Assembly (NCBI GenBank): GCA_903959175.1
Contig: CAJBVW010000293.1
Span: 2,015-66,014 of the forward strand
DNA: 64,000 bases
Reading direction: 5' to 3'
From: an uncultured Pseudomonadota bacterium
Lineage (GTDB): Bacteria > Myxococcota_A > UBA796 > SXON01
This document shows, one piece after another, positions 1 to 8,441 of this stretch. A program made the position numbers and the translations under genes. The notes under the pieces were generated by a model, which was given only the letters and a program-made list of their open reading frames with translations, made no database searches and had not been told where the DNA came from. The number at the start of each line of letters is the position of its first letter. Position 1 is the stretch's first letter.

Positions 1-461
1 TCCCCACGCCGCGCCGATGGACCGCGCACACGATCGTGTTCAACCTCGACAGTACGAAGATGTACATCGGGAGCATCGGGGTGGGTGAGGTGTACTTCCT
101 CGACCTCGACGCCGACCTGAACCCCGTCGGCGACGTGCAGGTGTTCGCGCGCACCAGCGGCTCGTCGAGCTGGCACGACGGCCTGGGCGTCGACGTGTGC
201 GGCAACGTCTACGTGGCCGACTACATCACCTCGAGCCTCTACCGCATGTCGGAGGACGGCGGCACCGTCACCTCCATGGTCGACGCCGTGAGCACCCAGT
301 ACGGCCATGGCCTCACCTGGGGCAGCGGCATCGGCGGCTGGCGCGCGGACGCGCTCTACCTCCCCCAACCCTACAACGGCTACACGGTGCGGGAGGTGGT
401 CATCGGCGTCGCGAACGGCGACAGCGTCCGCACCTGGAACGGCGTAAAGGCCCCCTGGTGA
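1..461 (+). CDS. C-terminal part of a beta-propeller protein, SMP-30/gluconolactonase/LRE-like; the 5' end lies outside the window
   Basis: The frame is open from base 3 to TGA at 459-461. Blade-like motifs are present (YIGSIGVGEVYFLDLD, GNVYVADYITSSLYRM, ALYLPQP). GC3 is high. Confidence 0.45.
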   Translation, partial: PTPRRWTAHTIVFNLDSTKMYIGSIGVGEVYFLDLDADLNPVGDVQVFARTSGSSSWHDGLGVDVCGNVYVADYITSSLYRMSEDGGTVTSMVDAVSTQYGHGLTWGSGIGGWRADALYLPQPYNGYTVREVVIGVANGDSVRTWNGVKAPW

Positions 462-466
462 ACCCC

Positions 467-1453
467 ATGCTGATCCTCCTCGCCCTCTTCGCCTGCACCT
501 CCGACGATCCGAAGGACGACACCGCCGCCCCGGCGGACACCGACGCCGACGCCGACACCGACACGGACGCCGACACCGATGCCGACACGGACACGGACAC
601 CGACACCGACGTGACCCTCGCGGGCACCTGCACGGACGACACGCACTGGGGCGCCTTCCTCGTCGACAGCAGCGAGGAGTACGCCTTCGTCACGGGCTCG
701 ATCTCCGACGGCGTGGTGCCGGTCACGGTGCTCACGAACGTGGTCACCTCGGGCGCCTGCACGATCTGGCGCCGCGAGAACCCCTTCTGCGACCCCACCT
801 GCTCGCCCGGCTACACCTGTGACCTCACGGGCACCTGCGTGGTCTACCCGACCACCCAGGACCTCGGCACCGTCGACGTGACCGGGCTCTCGCAGGCCGT
901 CTCGATGGAGCCCGTGACCCCCGGCTACAACTACTACGACACGTCGCTCCCCAACCCCCCGTGGGACGCCGGTGACCTGCTCACGCTGCGGACGTCGGGC
1001 GGGTCGTACGAGCCGGTGACCCTCCACGGCTACGCGCCCACGACGCTCGTGCCGGTGAGCATGGACTGGACGATCACCCCGTCCGCGCCGCTCGCCGTCG
1101 CGTGGGACGCCCCCACCGGCCCCGTGAACACCGAGCTCGTGTTGAGCCTGCGCATCGATCAGCACGGCACCACGCCGTCGAGCATCGAGTGCACCTTCGC
1201 GGACGACGGCGCGGCCGAGGTCCCGGGGGACGTGATCGACACCCTCATGAGCTACGGCGTCACCGGCTTCCCCGCGGGGGACCTCCTCCGCCGCACCGCC
1301 GACTCCACGCCCATCGGCGGCGGCTGCATCGACCTCGTCGCGAGCTCGTCACGCTTCGCGCAGGTCACGATCGAGGGCTACACGCCCTGCCGCTCGGACG
1401 GGGAGTGCCCGGACGGCCAGACGTGCAACGAGGCGCTGGAGCGCTGCGAGTAG
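467..1453 (+). CDS. Secreted Cys-rich lipoprotein with an Asp-Thr/Asp-Ala linker; function unknown
   Basis: ATG at 467 lies inside track ORF 197..1453. The N-terminus MLILLALFAC has a lipobox-like end and is followed by DTDADADTDTDADTDADTDTDTDTD. The rest has paired Cys and no recognisable domain. Confidence 0.7.
   Translation: MLILLALFACTSDDPKDDTAAPADTDADADTDTDADTDADTDTDTDTDVTLAGTCTDDTHWGAFLVDSSEEYAFVTGSISDGVVPVTVLTNVVTSGACTIWRRENPFCDPTCSPGYTCDLTGTCVVYPTTQDLGTVDVTGLSQAVSMEPVTPGYNYYDTSLPNPPWDAGDLLTLRTSGGSYEPVTLHGYAPTTLVPVSMDWTITPSAPLAVAWDAPTGPVNTELVLSLRIDQHGTTPSSIECTFADDGAAEVPGDVIDTLMSYGVTGFPAGDLLRRTADSTPIGGGCIDLVASSSRFAQVTIEGYTPCRSDGECPDGQTCNEALERCE
536..610 (+). repeat. (GAC-RCN)n hexanucleotide tract encoding a 25-aa D-T/D-A linker
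   Basis: The tract is read directly: gacaccgacgccgacgccgacaccgacacggac... Similar tracts occur at 8511-8561 and 37896-37940, just after other lipoboxes. Confidence 0.8.
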
Positions 1454-1508
1454 CGGTCAGACGAGCAGGGTGCGGGCGGCGGCGATCGTCCGGACCCGAT
1501 GTCCGGAA

Positions 1509-1916
1509 TCAGGGCGCGCGGCGCGACTCGTAGACGACGCGCCCGGGGAACATCACGGCGGTGAGGAAGCCGCCCTTGCCGCAGCCGGTGTCCGTCGCGA
1601 ACACCTGGCCGCGCACCCAGGCGTCCTCGGTGTCGCCGGGTGTGTGCTCGGAGAGCTCGGGGGGGAGCAGGCCGGTGGGCGTGTGGCCGACGACGATCTG
1701 CTTGCCCTCGTAGCCCTGGAAGAAGGTCTTCGCGCGCGTCCAGAGGAGGGTGGCCTGCGGCTCGACCACGGAGGGGTGGGCCCAGCCGCGGTCGACGTAG
1801 TCGCCGAGGAACACGAGGGTGTCGTCGCCGTCGAGCGCCGGGAGGGCGTCCCACAGGGCGAGGAGGTGGACGAGATCGCCATGGATGTCGCCGATGGCGA
1901 CGGTGCGTGCAGACAC
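1509..1916 (-). CDS. Short metallophosphoesterase (PPP/ApaH-like) lacking the GNH(D/E) segment
   Basis: It has GDIHG, GDYVDRG and a late VVGHTP motif. It is only 135 aa, and DRG runs straight into ...LLWTR...VVGHTP with no GNHE block. Confidence 0.7.
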   Translation of the reverse strand: MSARTVAIGDIHGDLVHLLALWDALPALDGDDTLVFLGDYVDRGWAHPSVVEPQATLLWTRAKTFFQGYEGKQIVVGHTPTGLLPPELSEHTPGDTEDAWVRGQVFATDTGCGKGGFLTAVMFPGRVVYESRRAP

Positions 1917-1924
1917 GGCGGGAC

Positions 1925-1957
1925 GGTAGCACGGAGGTGGAGGGGCGAGGTGCTACC
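1925..1957. promoter_or_regulatory. 8-bp inverted repeat (ggtagcac N17 gtgctacc) in a 49-nt divergent intergenic region
   Basis: Read directly. It lies between the divergent starts at 1916 (minus) and 1966 (plus). Function unknown. Confidence 0.2.
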
Positions 1958-1965
1958 TTGGCCCG

Positions 1966-3135
1966 ATGCTGCTCCTCGCCCTCGCGTGCGCCCCGCCCCC
2001 CACCCCGCTCGAGCAGTGCGAGCGGTGCGCCGATCCCGACGTTCCCTGCGCCGTGGAGGAGGCGCGCGCGTGCACGGCGCTGTCCGACGCGGCGCGCATC
2101 GCGGACCCCGTGGACGCCACGGCCGCGCTCGGCTTCGCGGATCGGGCGTGCGCGCACGACGACGGCGTGGCGTGCTCGGCGCTCGGCCTGCGCTTCCTCG
2201 ACGGGCTCGGCGTCCTGGAGGACGACGCCCGCGCGCTCGTCCTCTTCGACCAGGCGTGCACGCTCGGCGCGGGGGTCGGCTGCTTCAACGCGGGGTTGAT
2301 GTACCGATCGGGGCACGGCGTTCCGCCGGACGCCCGGCTGGCGACGGCGTGGTTCGGCCAGGCGGAGGCCGCGTGGCGCGCGAGCTGCGAGGGCGGCGAT
2401 CCGACGTGGTGCATGAACCTCGGTGTGCTCCACGAGCAGGGCTTCGGCGTGCCGCGGGACCCCGGCAAAGCGCTCGCGCTCTACGACGCCGCGTGCGCGA
2501 AGAAGCAGACGGACGCGTGCGTGAACGCCGCGTGGATGCGGCTGGACGGCGCCGGCGTGGTGAAGGACGAGGCGGCGGGGATCGCGGCGATCCGCGCAGC
2601 GTGCGACGCGGGCTCGGCGCTCGGGTGTGGGGCGCTCGGGCAGCTCTACGTCGTGGACCAGCACGGGGTCGCGGTGGACGCGCCGCGCGCGATCGAGCTG
2701 CTGGAGCGCGCGTGCCACGGCGGGGACGCGCAGGGCTGCAACGTGCTCGGGGGCGTCTACGGGATGGGGGAGCGCGTGCCGGCCGATCCGGCGGCGGCGG
2801 TGTGGTACTCCGCGCGCGCGTGCGACCTCGGCGGCTCGGTGGGCTGCCTGGCAAACGGGATGGCGGCGACGACGCGCGTCGACGCCGAGGCGTGGCTGGC
2901 GCGCGCGTGCGGCATGGGGAACCCCGAGGGGTGCATGGCGCTCGGGAGCGTGCGCGCGGCCGAGGGAGAGGGGCAGGACCGGGACGGATCGATCGAGGCC
3001 GTCTCGACCGCGTGTCAGCTCGGTCTCAGGGACGGCTGCGCGATGCTGCAGTCTCTCGGGGCGCCGTTGCCGCCCGGGGTCACGCCGCCGCCCCTGGTGG
3101 TGCCGGCCGTGCCCGTCGAAGGCCCCACCCCGTAG
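1966..3135 (+). CDS. Sel1-like repeat (SLR) protein, Hcp-like cysteine-rich type; probable lipoprotein
   Basis: The N-terminus is MLLLALAC. Units of the form C..G...GC..LG..Y..G.GV..D...A recur (GLMYRSGHGVPPDARLATAWF, LGVLHEQGFGVPRDPGKALALY, and others). Confidence 0.8.
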   Translation: MLLLALACAPPPTPLEQCERCADPDVPCAVEEARACTALSDAARIADPVDATAALGFADRACAHDDGVACSALGLRFLDGLGVLEDDARALVLFDQACTLGAGVGCFNAGLMYRSGHGVPPDARLATAWFGQAEAAWRASCEGGDPTWCMNLGVLHEQGFGVPRDPGKALALYDAACAKKQTDACVNAAWMRLDGAGVVKDEAAGIAAIRAACDAGSALGCGALGQLYVVDQHGVAVDAPRAIELLERACHGGDAQGCNVLGGVYGMGERVPADPAAAVWYSARACDLGGSVGCLANGMAATTRVDAEAWLARACGMGNPEGCMALGSVRAAEGEGQDRDGSIEAVSTACQLGLRDGCAMLQSLGAPLPPGVTPPPLVVPAVPVEGPTP

Positions 3136-3207
3136 CGGGGCCCGCCCTTCCGCGCGCCGGGAGGGGCGAGGCGGAGCGGAGGGCGGTAGGGGAGAGCTGG
3201 AGGTAGC

Positions 3208-3342
3208 CTGTCCGCGCACGACTTCCTCGTGAACCTCGCCCTCGTGCTCTGCGTGGCCGCGCTCGCGACGGTCGCGTTCCAGCGGCTGAACCAGCCGATC
3301 GTGCTCGGCTACATCCTCGCCAACGAGGGCGCCGCTGCCTAG
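3208..3342 (+). pseudogene. Remnant of the 5' end of a Kef-type cation:proton antiporter gene
   Basis: Translation is LSAHDFLVNLALVLCVAALATVAFQRLNQPIVLGYILA, then NEGAAA and TAG at 3340-3342. This matches the usual first TM helix and the QPxVLGY(L/I)LAG motif of CPA2 antiporters, but nothing follows. Confidence 0.55.
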
Positions 3343-3379
3343 CGCGTTCTCCCTGCGGCCGGAGGAGCGCTTCCTCCTC

Positions 3380-4288
3380 GTGCTCACCGCGCTCTCCGCG
3401 GCGTTCTTCGCCTCCCGCGGCTGGCCGTTCTCGCCGCTGCTCGGCACCGAGGTGATGAGCCTCTTCCTGGTGGACTTCCAGCTCGTGGCCGTTGGCTACG
3501 TCGGCTGGCGACTGTGGCGGGACCGCGGGGCGTTCGTGCGCCGGGCCGCCTCGCGGGAGGGCGGCGCGGCGCTCCTCTCCTTCCTCCGCGTCGTCGCGCC
3601 GATGTACGCGGCGCAGGCGCTGTACGCGAACTGGCTCGCCGTCGTGCCGCTCGTCTCCCCGCGCCTGTACGACGAGGTCTTCCTCGCGCCGGAGGTGTGG
3701 CTGCTCGGCACCTCGATGACGCGGTGGATGGTCCAGCCGGAAGCGATGGCCGTGACGCTGCTGATCGACCTCTGCTACCTCGCCTTCTTCCACTGGATCG
3801 TGCTGACCCTCGTGGTCCTCCACGTCGTGGAGGGGCCGCTCGCCGCGCGCCGCTTCGTGCTCGCGCTGACGATCTCCACGACGGTCTCGACGGCGCTGCT
3901 CGTCGCCGTCCCGACGCTGGGGCCGGCCTTCTACGATCCGGACGCCGTCGCGCCGATCGCGGACGCGACCCTCCGCTCGGGCCACTTCCAGGACGTGTCG
4001 CGCGTCTTCCGCGCGGAGGTGCTTGCCCACCCCGGGGCCTTCGTGCTCGTGCCGTTCCTCGGCGTGAGCGCGTTCCCGAGCATGCACGTCGGCCACACCT
4101 TCCTCGCCCTCCGCGCGCTCTGGCCGCGGCATCGGACGGCGTTCCTCCTCTTCTTTCTGCCGGTCCTCGGCGCGTGGGTCGGCACCGTCTACCTCGGCTG
4201 GCACTACGCCCTCGACGGGGTGGCGGGGATCGCCATCGCCCTCGGCGCGCTCGCGCTCGCGACGCGGTGGCTGCCCGATGCGTCGTAG
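3380..4288 (+). CDS. Polytopic membrane protein, PAP2 superfamily (PAP2_C / phosphotransferase-like)
   Basis: GTG start. There are multiple hydrophobic helices. C-terminal motifs are FPSMHVGH and GWHYALDGVAG, which fit the PAP2 C2 and C3 (H...D) motifs. Confidence 0.55.
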   Translation: MLTALSAAFFASRGWPFSPLLGTEVMSLFLVDFQLVAVGYVGWRLWRDRGAFVRRAASREGGAALLSFLRVVAPMYAAQALYANWLAVVPLVSPRLYDEVFLAPEVWLLGTSMTRWMVQPEAMAVTLLIDLCYLAFFHWIVLTLVVLHVVEGPLAARRFVLALTISTTVSTALLVAVPTLGPAFYDPDAVAPIADATLRSGHFQDVSRVFRAEVLAHPGAFVLVPFLGVSAFPSMHVGHTFLALRALWPRHRTAFLLFFLPVLGAWVGTVYLGWHYALDGVAGIAIALGALALATRWLPDAS

Positions 4289-5342
4289 CGCGGAGGTACT
4301 CGCTCAAGGTCGGCGGCGCGGGAGCCGAGATCAGAGGGGCAACCCAGAGGTTCTCGTGGTTCTCCTCCTTCTCGCGGCCGCCTGCGCTCCCACCGAAGAC
4401 TCCGGCGAAACTGCCGCGCTCCCCCCCGCCGACATCCGCGAGGTCCAGCCCCCCGCCGAGCAGGAAGACGACCCGGACATCCTGGTCCCCTTCCTCTCGC
4501 CGATGCCCGCCCTCACCCTCACCCTCCCGACCGAGGGGGCTGCCTACTTCGAGGTGCGCGCCTTCGATCTCGAGAGCGGCACCCCGTGGATGGGGGCAGC
4601 GCTCGCCGTCCGCGACATCACCTCCGACGCCACCGTGCTCATGTTGCCCCGCGTCCCGCCGCGCCGCGACCGCGCCCACTCCGTGGGCGGGAACGTCGTC
4701 TACGCCGTCGCGTTGCGCGCGGAGGCCGCCGGAGGCCGCCCGGGCCTGTACACCGGGATCGCGCCCCAGCGCCTCGTCTACCTCCAGACCGATCCGCCCG
4801 AGGGCGCCGCGCTCGGCTGGAACCTCGCCCTGCGCACCGAGGACGGCGTCCGGTGGGCGCCCCTCGCGGTCGGCCTCGCGCTCGAGAACAACCTGCTCGG
4901 CGCCGAGAGCCTCGACTACGGCGGCGGCACCTCCGTCGGCATCGAGCCCGGCATGCACATGGACCTCGCGACCGAGGACGACGTGACGGCGTTCGACCTC
5001 CCGCTGGCGCCGGAATGGAGCGTCGGCGTGCCCTACGCGCCGCCGGCCGAGGCGTACACCGAGGTGGAGCCGCTCGGCTCCGTCCTCGCCCTCTACGCCT
5101 ACCTCGACGCCGACGGCGACAACCGCCGCACGGGGGAGGAGATCCTCGGGCGCGCCTGCTACGCCGGCTACGAGGCCCGGGCCACCTGGTTCGACAGCCC
5201 CTACGACCTGCTCGGCGCTCTCGCGCTCGAGAACGTCGGCGCCCGCGCCGGCTGGGGCGTGGCGATCGACACGGAGCGTGGCCTCGTGCCGCTGCCCGAC
5301 GACGCCGCCGAGCGCCTCGTCCTCATGGGGGCGTGTGACTGA
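4278..5342 (+). CDS. Hypothetical lipoprotein
   Basis: The signal is VLVVLLLLAAAC. An alternative GTG start at 4356 has AGAGG 5 nt upstream. Coding-type GC3; no recognisable domain. Confidence 0.6.
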   Translation: MRRSAEVLAQGRRRGSRDQRGNPEVLVVLLLLAAACAPTEDSGETAALPPADIREVQPPAEQEDDPDILVPFLSPMPALTLTLPTEGAAYFEVRAFDLESGTPWMGAALAVRDITSDATVLMLPRVPPRRDRAHSVGGNVVYAVALRAEAAGGRPGLYTGIAPQRLVYLQTDPPEGAALGWNLALRTEDGVRWAPLAVGLALENNLLGAESLDYGGGTSVGIEPGMHMDLATEDDVTAFDLPLAPEWSVGVPYAPPAEAYTEVEPLGSVLALYAYLDADGDNRRTGEEILGRACYAGYEARATWFDSPYDLLGALALENVGARAGWGVAIDTERGLVPLPDDAAERLVLMGACD

Positions 5343-5378
5343 TCTGGGGCGGGGCGAGGTCCCGGGCTACAGTACCGG

Positions 5379-5759
5379 ATGCTCCTCGCCCTCTTCCTCG
5401 CCTGCACCGCGCCGATCTCCCTGACGCCGGACGCGCGGGCCGACAGCTGCGGGTCGATCTCCAACTCCGACCTGCGCTACTACTGCCAGGCGAGCTGCGG
5501 CTCGATCTCCGACGCCGACCTCCGTTACTTCTGCCAGGGCAGCTACGGCTCGATCGGGAAGGCGGATCTCCGCTATTACGGCCAGGCGAATTGCGGGTCC
5601 ATCTCCGACGCCGACCTTCGCTACTACTGCCAGGGTAGCTACGGCTCGATCTCGGACGCGGACCTGCGCTACTACGGGCAGGGGAGCTGCGGCTCCGTCG
5701 GCGCCGCCGACCTGCGCTACCTCTGCCAGTCCGGGAAGCGGTACCCGGGGACACGGTAG
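5379..5759 (+). CDS. Small lipoprotein built from six 16-aa tandem repeats (consensus [16 protein letters not shown])
   Basis: The N-terminus is MLLALFLAC. The six repeats were read directly from the translation. Confidence 0.7.
   Translation: MLLALFLACTAPISLTPDARADSCGSISNSDLRYYCQASCGSISDADLRYFCQGSYGSIGKADLRYYGQANCGSISDADLRYYCQGSYGSISDADLRYYGQGSCGSVGAADLRYLCQSGKRYPGTR
5445..5732 (+). repeat. 6 x 48-nt tandem coding repeat
   Basis: The repeats are in phase with the ORF. Copies differ at synonymous sites (cgc tac tac / cgt tac ttc / cgc tat tac), so the array is old rather than a recent slippage product. Confidence 0.85.
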
Positions 5760-5775
5760 CGGGCGGGTCGGCCGA

Positions 5776-6768
5776 CTACGCCGCGGCGAAGGGCCGCAGG
5801 CGCGAGGCCATCATCGCGACGACCTCCGCGTCCGTGCGCGCGGGGGCGCCGGGGAGGCGCACGAAGCGGCGGGCGAGCGACGCGTGCTGGCCGGTCATCA
5901 GGTACAGCCACACCTGGAAGAAGTCGATGCCGTCGAACACGATGGCGTCGGCCTTGCCGTAGGCCTCACGGTGGTTCTCGAACAGGCCGGGCATCTCGGT
6001 GTAGTGGGCGCGCGGCTTGTGGTGGTGGACAGTGTGGTACCCGTCGTTGAAACACCGCCGGTTGTACCGGGTGTTGATGCAGGTGATGCTGCTGCGGTAG
6101 GTCTCGCCGGGCTCGGCGGGATCGACGAAGGCGTGCTGGCCCCAGTTGCCCGCCATCATCAGCGTGCGGACGAAGAGCACCGGCCCGACGAACACGACGA
6201 GCGTGGCCTGCCAGTTGAAGGTCGCGAGCAGCGCGGACGCGATCCAGAAGCTCGCCTCTCCGAGGATGAGGCGCCAGAACATGTGCTTGCTGCCGCGGCG
6301 CCAGTGGTACACCGCGAGCTTGGGCAGGCCCGTGAACAGGAACGACACGAGGTAGTGCAGCCAGTGGGCGAAGCTGTCCCGCTGGTACTGCATCGTGCTC
6401 GAGAGGTCACCCGGGAGGTTGTTCTCGATGTGGTGCATGCCGATGTGGTGCACGAAGTAGGTCTGCGGGGTCTGCCCGAAGAAGGGGCCGATGGCCCACG
6501 GGATGATGTGCTTCATCCAGGCGGGCTTGAAGAGCGGCCGGTGCGACGTGCAGTGCAGCAACAGGATGAACCGGTCGAGGTAGCCCAGGCCCCAGAGCAG
6601 GAGGTAGCCGACCGACAACGGCCAGAACCACATCGGGTCGTGCACGAAGAACAGGCCGAGCCCGAGCACACCCACCATGGCGCACCCGAGGATCAGGTGG
6701 ACCATGGGCAGATCCCGGGGGTCGTGCAGCGACGAGCCGAGGACGCGATTCAGACCGGTGGCTTCCAT
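5776..6768 (-). CDS. Membrane fatty-acid desaturase family protein
   Basis: ATG (cat at 6766-6768) lies inside track ORF 5776..7140. It has three His boxes (HCTSH, HHIGMHH, HTVHHH) and TM helices. Confidence 0.85.
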   Translation of the reverse strand: MEATGLNRVLGSSLHDPRDLPMVHLILGCAMVGVLGLGLFFVHDPMWFWPLSVGYLLLWGLGYLDRFILLLHCTSHRPLFKPAWMKHIIPWAIGPFFGQTPQTYFVHHIGMHHIENNLPGDLSSTMQYQRDSFAHWLHYLVSFLFTGLPKLAVYHWRRGSKHMFWRLILGEASFWIASALLATFNWQATLVVFVGPVLFVRTLMMAGNWGQHAFVDPAEPGETYRSSITCINTRYNRRCFNDGYHTVHHHKPRAHYTEMPGLFENHREAYGKADAIVFDGIDFFQVWLYLMTGQHASLARRFVRLPGAPARTDAEVVAMMASRLRPFAAA

Positions 6769-6889
6769 GGGACACCCCTCCGCGGCCGCGCAATCTATCA
6801 TCCCGACGCCGTGCGGGCGGAGGCTCGGTCGGTGGCTTCGCGCCCCGTGCGGGTTTGCTACCGGAATAGGGGAGTGCGGCGAGGCTCCC

Positions 6890-7609
6890 GTGGACCGTCT
6901 TTCCCCGACCCTTCGTCCCGGGGGCCCCCGCGCGGGCACCCAGCGGTGGCGCGAGCTCCTGTTCCTGCACTGGTGGGTGCCCGTCGAGGCCCTGCGGCCG
7001 CTCGTCCCGGCGCGCCTGTCGCTCGACCTCTGGGAGGGCCGCGCCCTCGTCGGCCTCGTGCCCTTCCGGATGGAGGGCGTGCGCCCCGGGTGGCTGCCCG
7101 CGCCGATGGCCCAGGACTTCCACGAGACCAACCTGCGCACCTACGTGCACCTCGAAGGGGAGGGGCCCGGCGTCTACTTCTTCTCGCTCGAGGCCGCGTC
7201 GTGGACGGCGGTGCAGGCCGCCCGGATCGGGTGGGGGCTGCCCTACTACCACGCCACCATGGGCTCCTCCGCGGACGCGAACGAGCACACGTACACGACG
7301 GTTCGTCGCGGCCGGCCGGACGCTCGGCTGGACGTCCGCTATGGCCTCGGCGAGGCGCTCGTCCCCTCCGCGCCCGGCTCCCTCGAGTTCTTCCTGTTGG
7401 AGCGCTACTTCCTCTACAACGAGCGCGGCGGCACCCTCCGGCGCGGGCAGGTCCACCACCCGCCGTACCCCGCCTTCGCGGCCGAGGTCTCCCACATCGA
7501 GGAGGGCCTCGTCGCCGCCGCCGGCCTCCCCGCGCCCGGCCGCCCGCCCGACCTCGTCCACTACTCCACCGGCGTGGACGTCGAGGTCTTCCCCCTCCAC
7601 GAGGTCTGA
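6890..7609 (+). CDS. DUF2071 (YqjF-like) family protein
   Basis: GTG at 6890 lies inside track ORF 6677..7609. The motif [42 protein letters not shown] is characteristic of the family. Confidence 0.6.
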   Translation: MDRLSPTLRPGGPRAGTQRWRELLFLHWWVPVEALRPLVPARLSLDLWEGRALVGLVPFRMEGVRPGWLPAPMAQDFHETNLRTYVHLEGEGPGVYFFSLEAASWTAVQAARIGWGLPYYHATMGSSADANEHTYTTVRRGRPDARLDVRYGLGEALVPSAPGSLEFFLLERYFLYNERGGTLRRGQVHHPPYPAFAAEVSHIEEGLVAAAGLPAPGRPPDLVHYSTGVDVEVFPLHEV

Positions 7610-7668
7610 GGTCCCCCCTCTGGCGTAGCCGCGATCCGCGCGCTACCGCCGCGGCACGCGGAGCCTCC

Positions 7669-8388
7669 ATGAGCGCCTGGCACGACGGCAATCCTCCCCC
7701 CCTCGCGACGCCCGCCTTCCCGGAGGTCGCCCGGAGCACGCACCCGCCGCGGATCCTGTTCCTCTACGGGTCCCTCCGCGAGCGCGCCTTCAGCCGGCTC
7801 CTCGCGGAGGAGGCCGCCCGCGTGATGGAGGGCCTCGGCGCGGAGGTCCGCTGGTTCCACGCCCACGACCTGCCGATGAAGGCCCCCCAGTTCGAGGACC
7901 ACCCGAAGGTGCTCGAGCTGCGCGCGCTCTCGGAGTGGTCGGAGGGGCAGGTGTGGTCGTGCCCGGAGATGCACGGCGCGATCACCGGCGTCTTCAAGAA
8001 CCAGCTCGACTGGATCCCCCTGAACATCGGCGCGGTGCGCCCCACCCAGGGCCGGACGCTCGCTGTGCTCCAGGTGAGCGGCGGATCCCAGTCGTTCAAC
8101 GTCGTGAACACGCTGCGCCTCCTCGGGCGGTGGATGCGGATGCTCACCATCCCCAACCAGTCGAGCGTGCCGAAGGCGTGGCTCGAGTTCCACGACGACG
8201 GCCGGATGAAGGACTCGGAGCTGCGCGACCGTGTGGTCGACGTGATGGAGGAGCTCTGGAAGTTCACGATCCTCACGCGGGACCACCGTGACTTCCTCGT
8301 GGATCGGTACAGCGAACGTCGGGAGGCGGACGCGAAGGCGGTCGCCGCCGGGCGGCCCCAGGACCGCATCGGGCGCGAGGGTCTGTAG
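7669..8388 (+). CDS. arsH: ArsH, NADPH-dependent FMN reductase
   Basis: ATG at 7669 has GGAG upstream. The sequence [23 protein letters not shown]...[22 protein letters not shown] is typical of ArsH. Confidence 0.85.
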   Translation: MSAWHDGNPPPLATPAFPEVARSTHPPRILFLYGSLRERAFSRLLAEEAARVMEGLGAEVRWFHAHDLPMKAPQFEDHPKVLELRALSEWSEGQVWSCPEMHGAITGVFKNQLDWIPLNIGAVRPTQGRTLAVLQVSGGSQSFNVVNTLRLLGRWMRMLTIPNQSSVPKAWLEFHDDGRMKDSELRDRVVDVMEELWKFTILTRDHRDFLVDRYSERREADAKAVAAGRPQDRIGREGL

Positions 8389-8441
8389 TCCGTGGTCGAG
8401 CGCTTCGAGATCTCGTCGCGTGATCGTTGTACGATGGGCAC

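Noticed and set aside
3136-3200. G-tract clusters that could form G-quadruplexes, also at 57054-57110
   Set aside because: Runs of G3-4 are expected at this G+C level, and nothing ties them to function.
1378-3447. 689-aa minus-strand ORF, with similar long ORFs at 1470..3206 (plus) and 2285..2854 (minus)
   Set aside because: It is Arg/Pro/Gly/Ala-rich with no motifs. It runs antisense or out of frame to a clearly motif-bearing Sel1-repeat gene and a metallophosphatase gene. These are typical high-GC shadow ORFs.
5884-7668. N-terminal extensions of track ORFs: 5884..8388 before arsH, 15748..18522 before 17296, 55806..57992 before 57219, 45166..47109, 46593..47606 and 43005..45653
   Set aside because: The upstream parts overlap better-supported genes on the other strand or in another frame, and are compositionally aberrant. 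The real starts were placed at internal ATG/GTG codons that yield signal peptides or family-typical N-termini.
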